From the NCBI GenBank assembly GCA_051294375.1, contig CM119265.1, positions 1,914,280-1,978,279 of the forward strand: a stretch of 64,000 nt of DNA. Reading direction: 5' to 3'. This DNA is from Paraspadella gotoi. Taxonomy: Eukaryota > Animalia > Chaetognatha. The position numbers and the translations under genes are program-made. The notes beneath the pieces were generated by a model, which had not been told where the DNA came from, ran no database searches, and saw only the letters and a list, made by a program, of their open reading frames with translations. Within the stretch, counting starts at the first letter, position 1, and the number at the start of each line of letters is the position of its first letter. Positions 63,629 through 64,000 of this stretch are shown here, piece by piece.

Positions 63629-64000
63629 TGAGTGAGATAGTCTGTCGCGTTGGTTCGATTTCTACTTTTGCTTTCGATTTATAATTTTCAATGTTTCGCT
63701 TATTTTTCTTTTCTTTTCATTCTCTCATTTTCCTGCACTCAACGTTTCATCTTCTTCTTCTTCTTCTTTTCCTCCTCTCAGCCTCATTCCTCTTACCTCC
63801 TCTTCTTCCTCCTCCTCCTCCTCTTCTCGCTCTCCTGCGTCACCTTTTCTTTCCTCGTCTCTTCCTTCTTCAAAGAGACGAAGTCGGCCGGCATCACCGC
63901 CGCCGCTTTTCTCGTCCTCTTTCCCTTCGTCTATCTCGCCGTCAAGTATAGGTCAGAAGGTCGAGGGTTCGAAAACCGAAGGGGGGCTCACGTTTTTTTT
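61997..64000 (+). CDS. ABC transporter subfamily A, N-terminal part (runs off the window)
   Basis: FFQQINSLLYRNLLLKRKN...EIFIP; SGFAFLQATVD; LVAEKEKGLKKSLRLMGMSESAYWIAW. Confidence 0.88.

Overview
Gene-dense eukaryotic DNA, almost certainly an invertebrate animal: GC/CpG-rich exons, short AT-rich GT-AG introns and many (GA)n tracts. I can reconstruct 13 protein-coding genes with only one strand switch. Minus strand (98-24047): a GDAP1-like GST + RTN4IP1-like oxidoreductase fusion, a hevein-like-domain membrane protein, NEURL4, COPS8 and GPR107/108. Plus strand (25088-end): NOL12, DHX34, PDHA1, SSBP1, IPO9, VPS16, PPP4R1 and a partial ABCA. Most notable: (1) two copies of a ~2.45 kb gag-only DIRS1-type element whose internal complementary region (ICR) lies inside a predicted spliceosomal intron of its own gag ORF; (2) the in-frame GST-RTN4IP1 fusion; (3) an operon-like layout with orphan-looking 3' splice acceptors just upstream of most start codons, suggesting SL trans-splicing; (4) four structured, tRNA-containing solo-LTR-like elements with 4-bp TSDs (Helenus-like); (5) repeated tandem duplication of splice junctions, including six copies of a PDHA1 acceptor. 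Gene names come from motif recognition by eye and splice models are predictions; no database search or RNA data were used.
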